Positions 62,882 through 64,000 of a DNA stretch of 64,000 bases are shown piece after piece. The notes under the pieces are model-generated. The model made no database searches. It worked only from the letters and a program-made list of their open reading frames with translations, and was not told the DNA's origin. The DNA is taken from positions 1,821,107-1,885,106 of the forward strand of contig NW_019091355.1 of assembly GCF_001949145.1 (NCBI RefSeq). Direction: 5' to 3'. The translations under genes and the position numbers were made by a program. Source of the DNA: Acanthaster planci (lineage: Eukaryota). Position 1 is the stretch's first letter. Each line of letters starts with the position of its first letter.

Positions 62882-63105
62882 CAGGGTGTATCAAAGATTT
62901 TCAAAAGGGGACAGGGGTATTTTTAGGGTCACGGCCGTAAAATTAGGGGGGCTGGGTAACTGGAAGCATAACTGTTGTTTGTACGCTTTATCACATCTAT
63001 GGGGCCTGGGTCGCTCCCTTTTTTCTTCCCTCAACCTCTTTTCTTCTCTCTTTTTTTAATCTATGGCGAAAAAAGGGGCGCGCCCCCACCCCTGATCCAC
63101 CCCTG
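62882..63105. mobile_element. MITE with CAGGG...CCCTG ends
   Basis: cagggtgtatcaaag / cctgatccacccctg inverted ends, flanked on both sides by TTGAC (62877-62881, 63106-63110). G-run and C-run interior. Confidence 0.6.
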
Positions 63106-63586
63106 TTGACAGTGTTACGGTTTTCAAGATTTAAAATGTACATGTATTTAACACAACCGTATCGTGTAAATGTATTTGCGGAAGTTTTAAAGGCAAATCA
63201 ATAATGCAAAAGTCTATCATCGGGCGAATCATTTCACATCAGAGCTAGTGCAACATGGATCGAAGCTTGGAGACAGCATATTCCCGCTTAAAAGTCGTGG
63301 AACTTTTATCTATCATGTCTACACCTGGTGTTAACAGCAAGTGTATGATTTAACGAAAGAAAGCTGGCAAACAACCATGAACACTTACCGTGACTCCAGC
63401 CTTGAAAGGCAGTAAGCCAGCCAACTTTTCCAGAGCAATATTCGCGCTTGAGTCTTGGATGTTTGTGCCTTGGGTTCTGAAGTTTGCCAATTTTCCCGAA
63501 GTATTACATGTATATGATTTTTAGCTTTATTTTTTTGTTGAGGGTTTACCAGTTATTAGACAAATAAGCAAATCAATAACTAAATA

Positions 63587-63631
63587 TGGTGACCACGTAT
63601 TGGTGACCACGTATTGATTTGGTGACCACGT
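63587..63631. repeat. Triple direct repeat of TGGTGACCACGT
   Basis: Copies at 63587, 63601 and 63620. Confidence 0.85.
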
Positions 63632-63757
63632 CTTTTCTTGCGACGTTGGCAAGTCAGCACGTTGCGAAAGGTATACACAGAAGTGGGTCCCCCGTGAAGT
63701 CCAACTTTGAGGTATTTTTAGAACTGCCACGTTGAAAATGCCGGTCATTACGCATGC

Positions 63758-63821
63758 TCAGAACTGGGCGATGACGATGGGTTTTCCTTCAATGGCGACC
63801 ATCACATTTGTGGAATTCGCA
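63758..63821 (-). CDS. Possible terminal coding exon of an unidentified gene entering from the right edge (ANSTNVMVAIEGKPIVIAQF*)
   Basis: Acceptor ttttactcttcctag, short open frame to TGA, downstream AATAAA near 63527. No family recognised. Confidence 0.25.
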
Positions 63822-64000
63822 CTAGGAAGAGTAAAATTTACGCAATGTTTTGTACTTTAGGTAGACACTTTCTGATGAGTCTTTTACTCTTTTGACTAGA
63901 TTAACGATTTTTGTCATATTTTAGCTATAAGTGCGTCGTGTAAATGTCAGAAAATATTAATGAAATACGTAAAATTGCACCTTTCTTTGGATTGGCAGTT

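Noticed and set aside
63527..63760. Possible selenocysteine or stop read-through after the TGA at 63760-63758
   Set aside because: The continuation runs through a tandem repeat and looks UTR-like. No SECIS recognised.

Overview
Eukaryotic (animal, probably marine invertebrate) genomic DNA: AT-rich, GT-AG introns, no prokaryotic features. Most six-frame ORFs are spurious or are single exons. By manual splicing I reconstruct four genes. (1) A minus-strand Z-disc/adhesion adaptor spanning >38 kb (ATG 40372, running off the left edge). It joins an ALP/Enigma/synaptopodin-2-type N-terminal PDZ domain, a calsarcin/synaptopodin-like motif, Pro-rich linkers and a sorbin-homology (SoHo) domain (SORBS/CAP family); the expected SH3 domains would lie beyond position 1. 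(2) PBLD (PhzF-like, + strand, 8 coding exons, 310 aa), head-to-head with gene 1. (3) DNA polymerase beta (- strand, 9 exons, 337 aa), tail-to-tail with PBLD. (4) SAR1 GTPase (- strand, 5 coding exons plus a probable 5'UTR exon, 192 aa). Introns contain tRNA-derived SINEs, several MITE families (hAT-, piggyBac-, Harbinger- and Tc1-like ends), minisatellites and a strong excess of TACATGTA. The most interesting signal is the PDZ + synaptopodin/calsarcin-like + SoHo architecture of gene 1, with about ten symmetric cassette exons, an RBFOX motif cluster and a probable internal promoter. All exon calls are by eye and no database searches were run. Comparisons to human genes are from memory.
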